A DNA stretch of 61,487 nt, filler included. It is 9 parts of 9 records of this genome, joined end to end, with 100 filler letters (N's around TTAATTAATTAA, not from the genome) between each part and the next. Parts side by side here need not be neighbours in the genome. Positions count along the whole stretch, not along the records: positions 46,624 to 56,040 come from SRR31156797_27252; positions 56,141 to 61,487 come from SRR31156797_27274; 7 more parts are not named here. The stretch is one strand, 5' to 3'. Shown piece after piece: positions 52,597 through 61,487 of the stretch. A model generated the notes under the pieces. The model searched no databases, had not been told where the DNA came from, and worked only from the letters and a program-made list of their open reading frames with translations. Each line of letters opens with the position of its first letter. Positions within the stretch are counted from its first letter, which is position 1. The position numbers and the translations under genes were made by a program.

Positions 52597-53070
52597 GTGT
52601 CCGGGAACCAGCGAATCGCCGATATCGTTCTGGATGACGACCGGCGCATCCGTTTGAGTGCCCGGGTCGCGCACGAGCGCCGCGTCGCCATCCACGACCT
52701 GCTGGAGGACAACTGCTTCGACCCGATCGGCGGCTTCGAAGGGCCCTTTATCGTTCATCTGAGCCTCGAGGACGGCCGCCTGATTTTCAACGTCCATGGC
52801 GAAACCGATGAACCGATCGTCAGTTTTTCACTTCCGCTGGGCGATTTCCGCGCCCTGATCAAGGATTATTTCACGGTCTGCGAAAGCTACTTCGACGCCA
52901 TCAAGACCCTGGCGCCGTCGCAGATCGAGGCCATCGACATGGGACGCCGCGGCCTTCACAACGAAGGCTCGCGCCTGATGCTGGATCGAATGGCCGACAA
53001 GGTTACGATCGACATCGACACGGCGCGGCGCCTGTTCACCCTGTTGTGCGTCCTGCATATCCGGGGGTAG
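52597..53070 (+). CDS. UPF0262 family protein
   Basis: ERRVAIHDLLEDN…IEAIDMGRRGLHNEGS…TARRLFTL. Confidence 0.92.
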   Translation: MSGNQRIADIVLDDDRRIRLSARVAHERRVAIHDLLEDNCFDPIGGFEGPFIVHLSLEDGRLIFNVHGETDEPIVSFSLPLGDFRALIKDYFTVCESYFDAIKTLAPSQIEAIDMGRRGLHNEGSRLMLDRMADKVTIDIDTARRLFTLLCVLHIRG

Positions 53071-53075
53071 GCGCG

Positions 53076-53519
53076 ATGTACGATCTTCCCTCGGCGGTCC
53101 TGTTTGCCTGCACCAACAATTCGATTCGCTCGCCCATGGCCGAGGGGATTCTGAAGTTCCTGCACGGCCGGCATGTCTACGTCGATTCGGTCGGCGTCCA
53201 CGAACGCGATGTCGACGGGTTTTCCATCGCCGTGATGGACGAGATCGGCATCGATATCTCCCGCCACCGGCCGAAGACGTTCGAAACGCTGGAAGACACC
53301 AGCTTCGATCTGGTCATATCCCTGTCGCCGCAGGCCCAGCACAAGGCGGTTGAAATGACCCGCATTATGGCCTGCGAAGTGGAATTCTGGCACACCTTCG
53401 ATCCGTCGATGATCGAAGGCAGCCGGGACATCCAGTTGCAGGCCTTTCGCGATGTCCGCGACGAACTGATGGCCCGGATCAAGGACCGCTTCCCGGTGGT
53501 GCCGATCGCCGACGTCTGA
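53076..53519 (+). CDS. Low-molecular-weight phosphotyrosine phosphatase/ArsC family protein
   Basis: VLFACTNNSIRSPMAE (CX5R). Confidence 0.9.
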   Translation: MYDLPSAVLFACTNNSIRSPMAEGILKFLHGRHVYVDSVGVHERDVDGFSIAVMDEIGIDISRHRPKTFETLEDTSFDLVISLSPQAQHKAVEMTRIMACEVEFWHTFDPSMIEGSRDIQLQAFRDVRDELMARIKDRFPVVPIADV

Positions 53520-53689
53520 CCGGGCAAAAGCCGTTTGATTGCCCTCAGGTGCTGCCGTATTCTCCGACGTTGGGTGAAAAAGCGGCCTAATATCAACCAA
53601 TTCGCATTTGCGACAAAAGGAAAAGGCTTGACCGCATCGCCCTGGGCGTTCACTTATTTGGCGCAATCCAACCACAACCGAGAAGGTAT

Positions 53690-53908
53690 ATGGCCAAAGA
53701 AGAGGTTCTTGAGTTCACAGGCATCGTCACCGAGTTGCTGCCGAACGCGATGTTCCGCGTTAAACTGGAAAACGAACACGAAATTCTGGCCCACACGGCC
53801 GGAAAAATGCGCAAGCACCGCATCCGTGTTCTGGCCGGCGATCGCGTCAACGTGGAGATGACGCCCTACGATCTGACCAAGGGTCGGATCACTTTCCGAT
53901 TCAAATAG
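53690..53908 (+). CDS. infA: Translation initiation factor IF-1
   Basis: MAKEE…[12 protein letters not shown]…[11 protein letters not shown]. Confidence 0.98.
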   Translation: MAKEEVLEFTGIVTELLPNAMFRVKLENEHEILAHTAGKMRKHRIRVLAGDRVNVEMTPYDLTKGRITFRFK

Positions 53909-53932
53909 ACGCTGATCCGGCGTGGCTTCGGG

Positions 53933-54553
53933 ATGCCCGGTTTGACCGATGCCCCGACCGACAGCGGCTTGCCGGCGTTCGTGCTCGCCTCGGCGTCGCC
54001 GCGGCGTCTGGATCTCCTTGATCAAATAGGCTTGGTGCCCGACCGGGTCGTCCCGGCCGACATCGACGAGTGCGCCCTGAAGGGCGAACTGCCGCGCCAG
54101 TTGGCGGCTCGTCTGGCCGAAGCGAAAGCCGGTCACGTTGCCAATGACTGTCCCGGGTGTTTCGTACTCGGCGCCGACACGGTGGTTGCCTGCGGACGCC
54201 GAGCCCTGGCCAAGGCCGAAAATCCAGATCAGGCCGGCGAATTTCTGCGGATGCTGTCGGGACGACGGCACCGGGTTCTGGGCGGCATTTGTGTGATCGC
54301 CCCGTCGGGCCGGATGGCGGTGCGCGTCGTCAGCACGTTCGTCACCTTCAAGACGCTGGAAGCCGCCGAAATCGACGCCTACATCGCCAGCGGTGAATGG
54401 CGGGGAAAGGCCGGGGCCTATGCCATTCAGGGTCTTGCAGCCCGCTTTGTCAGGCGCATCAACGGGTCGTATTCGAATGTCGTCGGGCTGCCCCTGTTCG
54501 AAACCGCCGCAGTTTTGACCGGGCTTGGCTACACGCCTGCCGGCGGGTCGTAG
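53933..54553 (+). CDS. maf: Maf-family nucleotide pyrophosphatase
   Basis: LASASPRR, GADTVV, KAGAYAIQG and NVVGLP. Confidence 0.95.
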   Translation: MPGLTDAPTDSGLPAFVLASASPRRLDLLDQIGLVPDRVVPADIDECALKGELPRQLAARLAEAKAGHVANDCPGCFVLGADTVVACGRRALAKAENPDQAGEFLRMLSGRRHRVLGGICVIAPSGRMAVRVVSTFVTFKTLEAAEIDAYIASGEWRGKAGAYAIQGLAARFVRRINGSYSNVVGLPLFETAAVLTGLGYTPAGGS

Positions 54554-54559
54554 GCGGCC

Positions 54560-56029
54560 ATGGTCGGGCAAGAGATCTTGATCGAATCGGGGCCGGGCGA
54601 GACGCGGATCGCGATCATGCAGGGCGGCCGCCTGAACGAACTGAAGATCGAGCGGCCCGGCCGCGGAACCAGGGTCGGCAACGTCTATCTCGGCCGGGTC
54701 GAGACCGTTTTGTCCGGCATCGCCGCCGCCTTTGTCGATATCGGGCTGGACCGCGCCGGTTTCCTCGGGCTTGCCGAGGCCCGTCCGGCCGGCGCCGAGG
54801 GGCCGCCCGACGATCGCATCGGCGACTATGTCTCGGAAGGCGACGCCGTCCTGGTTCAGGTATTGCGCGACGAAAACGCCGACAAGGGCGCCAAGCTGAC
54901 CTCCCACATCACCCTGACCGGCCGCCAGTTGATCCTGATGCCGGGCACGACCGAAATACGACTGTCGCGCCGCATCGACGGAGCCGACGAACGCAACCGC
55001 CTGCAAGACATCATCGGCGGCCTGGCCGAAGATGACGAAGGCTTCATCCTGCGCACGGCCGCCGTGGGCGCACCCGAAGACGAGATCCAAACCGAGGTAG
55101 AGCGCCTTCGCGCGGTTTGGACCGACATCGGCGATCGGGCGCCGGCCTGCCGCCCGCCTCTTTGCCTGCGGGCCGAACCGGAAGCGACCCGGCGGGTCCT
55201 GCGCGACGAGGTTGGGCCGGAGACCGCCCGGATCGTCGTCGACGGGCATCGGACCCTGGCCGATCTTCGTGCCTATTGCGCCGAGGCGGCGCCGGACGTG
55301 GTGCCTTTGCTGAGCGAGCATGACGGTGCCGAGACGCTGTTCGAGGCCTACGACGTCGCCGAACAGATCGAGGCGGCGCTGGCGCCGGCGATCGGCCTTC
55401 CCTCGGGCGGGCGGATCATCATCGAGGAAACGGCGGCCCTGGTTGCGATCGATGTCGATACCGGCGGACGCGGCGCTGGCGGCGTCGAGGATACGGCCCT
55501 GCAGACCAACCTCGAGGCGGCCGATGAAATTGCCCGGCAGCTGCGCCTTCGCAATCTTGCCGGCATCGTCGCCATCGACTTCGTTCCCATGAAAAAGCGG
55601 TCGAACAGCCAAACGGTTTTGGAGCGGTTGCGCGTCGCCCTTGCCGACGACAAGACGCCGACCAACCTTTTCGGGTTCACCCGCCTGGGCCTGGTCGAGA
55701 TGACGCGCCAGCGCCGCAGCGATTCCCTGCGCCGGGTCCTGTGCGAACCCTGCGCCGAATGTGCCGGTGCCGGCTGGGTCCTGAGTCGCTATTCGGTCGC
55801 CTGCGAAGGTCTGCGCCGGGTTTTGCGGACGGCGCGATCGGACCCGGCGGCGCAGCTCGAATTGATCGCCGCTCCTGCCGTCATCGACACCCTGAAGACC
55901 GAGGCGGCGCAAGCTCTTGCCGAAACCGAGGAGCGCTTGGGCCGGGCGTTGCGCCTAAGCGCAGATGAAAGCTTGGCGTCCGATGCCATTGAGGTGGTCG
56001 CCGCGAAAGCGGACGGGACGGGACGATGA
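54560..56029 (+). CDS. rng: Ribonuclease E/G family (RNase G-like)
   Basis: S1 domain GNVYLGRV, IDVDTG, RLRNLAGIVAIDF and CxxC. Confidence 0.9.
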   Translation: MVGQEILIESGPGETRIAIMQGGRLNELKIERPGRGTRVGNVYLGRVETVLSGIAAAFVDIGLDRAGFLGLAEARPAGAEGPPDDRIGDYVSEGDAVLVQVLRDENADKGAKLTSHITLTGRQLILMPGTTEIRLSRRIDGADERNRLQDIIGGLAEDDEGFILRTAAVGAPEDEIQTEVERLRAVWTDIGDRAPACRPPLCLRAEPEATRRVLRDEVGPETARIVVDGHRTLADLRAYCAEAAPDVVPLLSEHDGAETLFEAYDVAEQIEAALAPAIGLPSGGRIIIEETAALVAIDVDTGGRGAGGVEDTALQTNLEAADEIARQLRLRNLAGIVAIDFVPMKKRSNSQTVLERLRVALADDKTPTNLFGFTRLGLVEMTRQRRSDSLRRVLCEPCAECAGAGWVLSRYSVACEGLRRVLRTARSDPAAQLELIAAPAVIDTLKTEAAQALAETEERLGRALRLSADESLASDAIEVVAAKADGTGR

Positions 56030-56040
56030 CGACAAAACCA

Positions 56041-56140
56041 NNNNNNNNNNNNNNNNNNNNNNNNNNNNNNNNNNNNNNNNNNNNTTAATTAATTAANNNN
56101 NNNNNNNNNNNNNNNNNNNNNNNNNNNNNNNNNNNNNNNN
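56041..56140. other. Artificial contig spacer
   Basis: N44-TTAATTAATTAA-N44. Confidence 0.99.
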
Positions 56141-56283
56141 ATGCCCTGTATAATCTTAGGATTTACAAGGCACCCTGGCCATTGGAGCAGATACTCAGTC
56201 TACCGCGATGAGCGGGGAGGACGCTTCGATCCCGATTGACGGATCGTTTCCTTTCCATGATCGATGACATCGTTGAGCTGTAG
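56141..56283 (+). pseudogene. Frameshifted C-terminus of an HD-GYP-like protein
   Basis: ALYNLRIYKAPWPLEQILSL / RDERGGRFDP / LTDRFLSMIDDIVEL* is split over two frames. Confidence 0.55.
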
Positions 56284-56333
56284 ACATAGCTGAAAGACGG
56301 CCAGGGCATTATTCTTCCAAGGAGTCTCATAGC

Positions 56334-57008
56334 ATGGGCATGAAACAGGATCTCATCAACGGATTTATCAAGATACTTCTGCGTATCTTTTGCAAGATAG
56401 AAACATCCGAGCTGGATAAAATCCCCCGTAAGGGTCCCTATATCCTGGCGACCAACCATATCAACTTTCTCGAGGCCCCGGTTCTCTATATCTTTATGAG
56501 GCCCCGAAGGACCATAGCCATGGCCAAGAAGGAGCTGTGGGACAAGAAATTCACAGCCTTTCTTATGAACCTCTGGGAGGTTTTGCCCATCAACAGGGGA
56601 GGTGTGGACATCCAGGGTATGAAGAACTGCATAAAGGTTCTGGAGGACGGAGACTTCCTCTGTCTGGCCCCCGAGGGAACCAGGAGCCGGGACGGACGTC
56701 TTCTATCCGGCAAGGCCGGGGTGATCATGTTCGCCCAGAAGGGAAACGCTCCCATCATCCCATTGGCCCACTGGGGCGGCGAGAGCCTGTCGAAGAATCT
56801 TAAGCGCTTTAAGCGGACCCCCTTTAAGATCAGGGTGGGGGAGCCCGTAGAGATCAGCATCCCCGAAGGGGTGAAGGCGGATTCGAAGGTTCGCCAGCAG
56901 ATCGCCGATGAGGTCATGATCCAGATCGCCCGGCTGATGCCTGAGGATTATCACGGCGCCTACACTGGAAAAACGGATCAGGAGCCTGAGTTCCTTGCTA
57001 AAGTTTGA
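56334..57008 (+). CDS. 1-acyl-sn-glycerol-3-phosphate acyltransferase family
   Basis: NHINFLE and APEGTRS. Confidence 0.9.
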   Translation: MGMKQDLINGFIKILLRIFCKIETSELDKIPRKGPYILATNHINFLEAPVLYIFMRPRRTIAMAKKELWDKKFTAFLMNLWEVLPINRGGVDIQGMKNCIKVLEDGDFLCLAPEGTRSRDGRLLSGKAGVIMFAQKGNAPIIPLAHWGGESLSKNLKRFKRTPFKIRVGEPVEISIPEGVKADSKVRQQIADEVMIQIARLMPEDYHGAYTGKTDQEPEFLAKV

Positions 57009-57022
57009 GGCTTTGCTGGGGA

Positions 57023-57904
57023 TCAGGTAAACAGCAGGATAACGCCGCCAACGGCTATAATCGCCCCCAGGACCTCCCTGGCTGTTATTCTTTCCCCGAA
57101 AAGGATCATAGAAGGGGGGATCACAACCACCGGAACCAGGGCGGTGATGATGGCGAGGATCCCCGCCGTGGTATGCTGTAGGGCATAGAGCATCAGGGCC
57201 ACCCCTATAAAGGGCCCGAACACAGCCCCCAGGGAGACCTGGGCCATGGCTTTCCTCTGCCTCAATGCCCGTCCCACCTGAGGCCATATCCCGATGAGCG
57301 AGAAGAGCACTGTGAAACCGATCAGCCCCGCCAGGGCCCTGAACATGGTGGCCTGCACCGGATCGGCGCTGCCTATGCCCATGCGACTCAGGATCAGCCC
57401 CGTGGACTGTCCCAGCATGCCTCCGAAGGCCAGCAGGATGCCCCTGACCGGATGCTTGAAGACAAGGCTGCTCTTCTCCTTCTTCAGCAGGACCATCAGT
57501 ACCCCTGTCAGAACCACGGCCATGCTGATCCATCCCCGGAAGGAGAGGGCCTGACCCATGATCAGCCACTCCAGAAAGGCGGTCACCGGAGGGACAAAAC
57601 TGAGGATCAAAAGGGCCACGCGGCTTCCGATCTCAATATAGGAACGGAAGAGGCAGATATCCCCGATAAAGAAACCGATAAACCCTGAGAGTGCCAGAAG
57701 GGGGACCGAGCCGTTGGCGGGGAGGGAGGGGAGCCACACGCCCTTGCCCAGGCCCAGGAAGAGCTCCATAAAGATGACCCCCAGCACCAGGCGGATGATG
57801 TTGACCGGCAGGGAGCCTATCCTCCGTCCCCCCGCCTCGAAGCTCAGGGCGGACACGGTCCAGCAGATGGTGGTCAGAAGGGCGGCTATCTCTCCGTCGT
57901 ACAT
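57023..57904 (-). CDS. DMT/EamA family transporter
   Basis: About 10 TM helices in two repeats; FGERIT. Confidence 0.9.
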   Translation of the reverse strand: MYDGEIAALLTTICWTVSALSFEAGGRRIGSLPVNIIRLVLGVIFMELFLGLGKGVWLPSLPANGSVPLLALSGFIGFFIGDICLFRSYIEIGSRVALLILSFVPPVTAFLEWLIMGQALSFRGWISMAVVLTGVLMVLLKKEKSSLVFKHPVRGILLAFGGMLGQSTGLILSRMGIGSADPVQATMFRALAGLIGFTVLFSLIGIWPQVGRALRQRKAMAQVSLGAVFGPFIGVALMLYALQHTTAGILAIITALVPVVVIPPSMILFGERITAREVLGAIIAVGGVILLFT

Positions 57905-57998
57905 GGTTTCTTCTCCTCGTTCCCGGAGCCAGCAGGATGGGCGGCTCCCAGTGTGCCCTCATTCTGTCACGGAAGTTCTCCAATGGGAAGAAGAGCCC

Positions 57999-58027
57999 TT
58001 GAGTTCCCTCTCCCGGGTCGATACAAT
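57999..58027 (+). promoter_or_regulatory. Sigma70-type promoter, probably leaderless transcript
   Basis: TTGAGT-N17-TACAAT, ATG 6 nt downstream. Confidence 0.6.
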
Positions 58028-58033
58028 GCTGTG

Positions 58034-58825
58034 ATGTCAAAAAATACAAGCCATAATACGTCTGATAAAACCATGTCCCGCAAGGTGGACAAGGCCATAC
58101 TAAAGTTCAATCTGATTGAGCCGGGAGACAAGATCCTCCTGGCCGTTTCGGGGGGGAAGGATTCATTGGCCATGGCCTGGTTCCTGGGACACAAACAGAA
58201 GGGCTTCCCCATCCCCTTTGAGCTGGGGGCCATCCATATCGAGGGAGACTTTCCGGGCTGCGGCAAATCTCCGGTCATGGCCGACCTTATGAGGGAGTGG
58301 GGCGTGCCCTTTGAGGTGGTGAAGGTCCCCGTTATGGAGAGGCTGAAGCCCGGGAAAAAGATGAACTGTTACTGGTGTTCCACCCAGCGCCGTATGGAGC
58401 TGATCAAGTACGCCGGAGAGCACGGTTACAACAAGATAGCCCTGGGCCATCATATGGACGATATCCTGGAGACCTTCTTTATGAATATGATCCACAAGGG
58501 CGAGCTCTCCACCATGCTGCCCAAGCTCAAGTACGACCGTTACCCCTATACGGTGATCCGTCCCCTCTGCTATCTGAAGGAGGACGAGATCATCGCCTTT
58601 GGCCGGGAGAAGGGCCTTCTGGAAGCGGCGGCGACCTGTTCCTGGGGCACCAAGAGCAACCGCCTGAAGTCCCGCTCCGTCCTGGATGATATCGCCGCCC
58701 ACGGTGGGGCGGGAGCCAAGGACAGCATCTTCGAGGCCATGTGCAATCCCGTCCACCGTTATATGCCCTATACCCTCTTGGAACAGATTGCAGAACTGGA
58801 CAAGGACGGCGGCTCTGAGCCATAA
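58034..58825 (+). CDS. TtcA-like tRNA 2-thiolation protein (PP-loop ATPase)
   Basis: SGGKDS, CYWC, LGHHMDD and IRPL. Confidence 0.88.
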   Translation: MSKNTSHNTSDKTMSRKVDKAILKFNLIEPGDKILLAVSGGKDSLAMAWFLGHKQKGFPIPFELGAIHIEGDFPGCGKSPVMADLMREWGVPFEVVKVPVMERLKPGKKMNCYWCSTQRRMELIKYAGEHGYNKIALGHHMDDILETFFMNMIHKGELSTMLPKLKYDRYPYTVIRPLCYLKEDEIIAFGREKGLLEAAATCSWGTKSNRLKSRSVLDDIAAHGGAGAKDSIFEAMCNPVHRYMPYTLLEQIAELDKDGGSEP

Positions 58826-58893
58826 TTCAGGAGAGCAAAGGGAGCTTGTCGTTTAAGGCGCTTTCTGATTGTTAATACACCCCGGAGGGAAAT

Positions 58894-60210
58894 TTGGAAC
58901 CGGTATTTGAACGACTTGAAGAGAGGGACATCCTCTCCCTGAAATGCGAACGCTCCCTTCTGGTGGGCATACAGGACGAGGGCGAAAGCGCCTCGGACGC
59001 CGAAAACCATCTTCACGAGCTGGACAGCCTGACCCAGACCATGGGCATCCCCGCAGTGGCCACCATGACCGTCCGTCTCCGTAAACCCCATCCCCGTTAC
59101 CTGGTGGGCACGGGCAAGCTGGAGGAGATCCGCCAGGCCGCACTGGACTGTCAGGCCGATCTTATCGTCTTCGACTACGATCTGGCCCCCTCCCAGCAGC
59201 GCAATCTCGAAAACGATATGAACATCACCGTCATCGACCGGGAAGAGGTGATCCTGGATATCTTCGCCGACAGGGCCTCCACCAGGGAGGCGGTCCTTCA
59301 GGTAGCCCTGGCAAGGATGCAGTACTCCCTTCCCCGGCTGACCCGGGCCTGGACTCACCTCTCCCGCCAGCGCGGGGGAGCCAGGGGAACCAGGGGCAAG
59401 GGCGAGACCCAGCTCGAGTCGGACAGGCGTATGGTCCTGAACAAGATAGCCAGCCTCAAGAAGGAGCTGGCCGCCGTCCGCCGCAACCGGGAAACCCAGA
59501 GGAAAAAAAGAAGGAACCTCCCCGTACCAAGCCTCTCTGTGGTGGGATACACCAACGCCGGGAAGTCCTCCCTGCTGAACATGATGACCGGAGCCGACGT
59601 GCTGGCGGAGGACAAGCTCTTCGCTACACTGGACCCCACGTCCCGGCGGGTCCACCTCCCAGGGGGGCGGCAGGTGGTGATCACCGATACCGTCGGGTTT
59701 ATCCGCAAGCTTCCCCACAACCTGGTGGAGGCCTTCAAGTCCACCCTGGAGGAAGCCGTTCTGGCGGACGCCATCATCCATGTGATCGATATCAGCAATC
59801 CCGAGTGGCGGGAGCACAAAAGGGTGACCGAAGAGGTCCTCCATGAACTGGGAGCGGGGGACAAGCCGGTCCTGATGGTCTACAACAAGAGCGACCTCCT
59901 GGAGGAGCCGGACGAGCTCCACCACTTTATCAGAAACGACTCCCATATCTCCCTGATGCTCTCGGCCAGAACGGGACGGGGGCGTGAGGATCTGGAGGCG
60001 GGTATTCAGGAGGTCCTGGAGGCGGAGCTGCCTGTAAAAACTTTGTTGATACCTCCCCACAAGTGGGATATAGTGGCATATATAAGGCGGAACAGTGTTG
60101 TTCTGAAGGAAGAGTACGAGGAAGAGGGCATCCTGATGGAAGCGATCCTGTCCAAAAAGGATCAGAATATGCTGGCTCCCTACGTGGCGGCTCCCCGCAG
60201 TCCTTCGTAA
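58894..60210 (+). CDS. hflX: GTPase HflX
   Basis: GYTNAGKS, LFATLD, DTVGF and NKSD; GGAGG SD with TTG start. Confidence 0.96.
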   Translation: MEPVFERLEERDILSLKCERSLLVGIQDEGESASDAENHLHELDSLTQTMGIPAVATMTVRLRKPHPRYLVGTGKLEEIRQAALDCQADLIVFDYDLAPSQQRNLENDMNITVIDREEVILDIFADRASTREAVLQVALARMQYSLPRLTRAWTHLSRQRGGARGTRGKGETQLESDRRMVLNKIASLKKELAAVRRNRETQRKKRRNLPVPSLSVVGYTNAGKSSLLNMMTGADVLAEDKLFATLDPTSRRVHLPGGRQVVITDTVGFIRKLPHNLVEAFKSTLEEAVLADAIIHVIDISNPEWREHKRVTEEVLHELGAGDKPVLMVYNKSDLLEEPDELHHFIRNDSHISLMLSARTGRGREDLEAGIQEVLEAELPVKTLLIPPHKWDIVAYIRRNSVVLKEEYEEEGILMEAILSKKDQNMLAPYVAAPRSPS

Positions 60211-60235
60211 ACATGAGATCCTCTTCTGCCGATGT
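60208..60235 (+). promoter_or_regulatory. Sigma28-type promoter
   Basis: TAAA-N16-GCCGATGT. Confidence 0.55.
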
Positions 60236-60243
60236 TATTGAAT

Positions 60244-61487
60244 ATGGGACGATTTAAGATCCGGGTATCTTTTACAAGAATATTGAAGGACTGGCGCTCG
60301 GGCGTGTTCACCCTGACCCTGGCGCTGGCGTTCTTCTTCAATCTCATCATCTCGGAGAACGAACATGCCGAGGCTGGTCATGTGGCCACGCCGACAAGGG
60401 ATATACATGCCGTCGTCCCCGAACCCCAGGCTCCGGTCGTCCTCCGCACAAACCGGGAAACAGAGCTCGCCAGGGGAAGCAACCTGATGCACCATCTGGA
60501 GTCGGAAGGGGTCTCCCGCAGCGATTCCAACGCCGTGATCGCCGTCCTGGAGGATGTGGTGGACCTCCGCAGCCTGAGAGCGGGGCAGACCGTCACCCTC
60601 CACTATGAAAACAACTACTTCGAAGGCATCACCCTCCCTCTGTCCATAGACAAGGATATCCGTGTCGGACGATCGGGTAGCGAAGGCTTTCGCGTTACCG
60701 AACACTTCAAAGACCTCCAGACCTATCCCGTCACCAGGGAAACGGTGGTTGAGTCCAGCCTGTACGGTTCCGCCCTGAACAGCGGTATTGAAGACAATAT
60801 CATCATGGAGCTGATCCAGCTCTACTCCTTCGACGTGGACTTCCAGCGGGACATACAGAAAGGGGACGTCCTGAAGGTCTGCTACGAGAAGATCTACGAT
60901 GAATCCGGAGAGGCCATAGATACGGGTAATATTCTCTACACCACCCTGAAGACGGGGGAACGGGACTTGGAGATCTTCCGCTATGTGGATACCGCCGGCA
61001 AAACGGACTTCTACAACCGCGACGGCCATACGGTCCGCAAAACCCTGTTGAAAACCCCCATCAACGGGGCCTATATCACATCCAGTTTCGGCAGGCGGAC
61101 CCATCCCATCACGGGCTACAACTCCTTCCACAAGGGCGTGGACTTCGGCGCCCCCCGGGGAACCGCCATCAAGACCTCGGGAGACGGCACGGTGATCTAC
61201 GTGGGCTATAACAACATCTACGGCAATCATGTGATGGTCCGCCATGTCAACTCCTACGTCACACTGTACGCCCATATGAGCGCCTTCGCCAGGGGGATGA
61301 GACGGGGAAGGGGCGTCACTCAGGGCCAGACCATCGGCTATGTGGGAACCACGGGCATGTCTACGGGGCCCCATCTCCACTACGAGGTCCGCTACAACGG
61401 CCGACAGATCAATCCCTCTACCATGAAATTCCCTCCCGGACGGACCCTGAAGGATGACGAGGGTCGTCTCTTCCGGAACATGCTGGC
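60244..61487 (+). CDS. M23 (MepM-like) peptidoglycan endopeptidase, 3'-truncated; missing from the ORF track
   Basis: Hand translation: N-terminal TM, DFQRDIQKGD, HKGVDFGAP (HxxxD), YAHMS and STGPHLHYE (HxH). An alternative in-frame ATG is at 60232. Confidence 0.93.
   Translation, partial: MGRFKIRVSFTRILKDWRSGVFTLTLALAFFFNLIISENEHAEAGHVATPTRDIHAVVPEPQAPVVLRTNRETELARGSNLMHHLESEGVSRSDSNAVIAVLEDVVDLRSLRAGQTVTLHYENNYFEGITLPLSIDKDIRVGRSGSEGFRVTEHFKDLQTYPVTRETVVESSLYGSALNSGIEDNIIMELIQLYSFDVDFQRDIQKGDVLKVCYEKIYDESGEAIDTGNILYTTLKTGERDLEIFRYVDTAGKTDFYNRDGHTVRKTLLKTPINGAYITSSFGRRTHPITGYNSFHKGVDFGAPRGTAIKTSGDGTVIYVGYNNIYGNHVMVRHVNSYVTLYAHMSAFARGMRRGRGVTQGQTIGYVGTTGMSTGPHLHYEVRYNGRQINPSTMKFPPGRTLKDDEGRLFRNML

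Noticed and set aside
53654..55912. 752-aa minus-strand ORF and many other long antisense ORFs in the GC-rich contigs
   Set aside because: They are shadow frames of recognisable genes (infA, maf, rng and others). High GC suppresses stops and the translations have no family motifs.
60235..61380. 381-aa minus-strand ORF in the track
   Set aside because: It is antisense to the plus-strand M23 peptidase, which the track missed because it has no stop inside the window.

Overview
This window is not one locus. It is nine unrelated contigs joined by identical 100-nt artificial spacers (44 N + TTAATTAATTAA + 44 N), so gene neighbourhoods are meaningful only within a contig. All family and taxon assignments come from motif recognition and recall; no database search was run. 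Contig 1 (1-5318) is AT-rich and Bacteroidota-like, with NPP phosphodiesterase, GNAT, AlkC-like glycosylase and acyltransferase genes. Contig 2 (5419-11260) is GC-rich and spirochaete-like, with a queuosine-precursor transporter, a cation antiporter-PTS EIIA fusion, a CmpB-like/HD pair and DUF2797. Contig 3 (11361-17186) is Bacteroidota-like, with a giant signal-peptide/SpvB/FG-GAP/Rhs protein preceded by the 3' tip of a probable T9SS-sorted protein. Contig 4 (17287-22951) is spirochaete-like, with a sugar-binding protein, MoaD/ThiS, Kef pair, SDR, HxlR and an Omp85-like fragment. Contig 5 (23052-34501) is a Vibrio-like core region (ybaN-apt-dnaX-ybaB-recR, aqpZ, ycgN, rlmA, MCP, yeaD, gapA). 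Contig 6 (34602-41293) is the alphaproteobacterial rseP-bamA-skp-lpxD-fabZ-lpxA-lpxI-lpxB operon. Contig 7 (41394-46523) is spirochaete-like, with a DUF3100 membrane module, its regulator and eda-kdgK. Contig 8 (46624-56040) is alphaproteobacterial, with a TRAP transporter (probably HpsKLM-like), a LacI regulator and the hisD-infA-maf-rng operon. Contig 9 (56141-61487) is spirochaete-like, with plsC-like, DMT, ttcA-like, hflX and M23 peptidase genes. I saw no rRNA, tRNA, CRISPR array or mobile element. The best candidate for an under-described system is the T9SS-tail gene plus Sec-exported Rhs toxin pair, but it rests on a 9-codon fragment. Other notable signals are a dnaX -1 frameshift site, probable ATC and CTG start codons, two sigma28-type promoters, leaderless genes and several operators.
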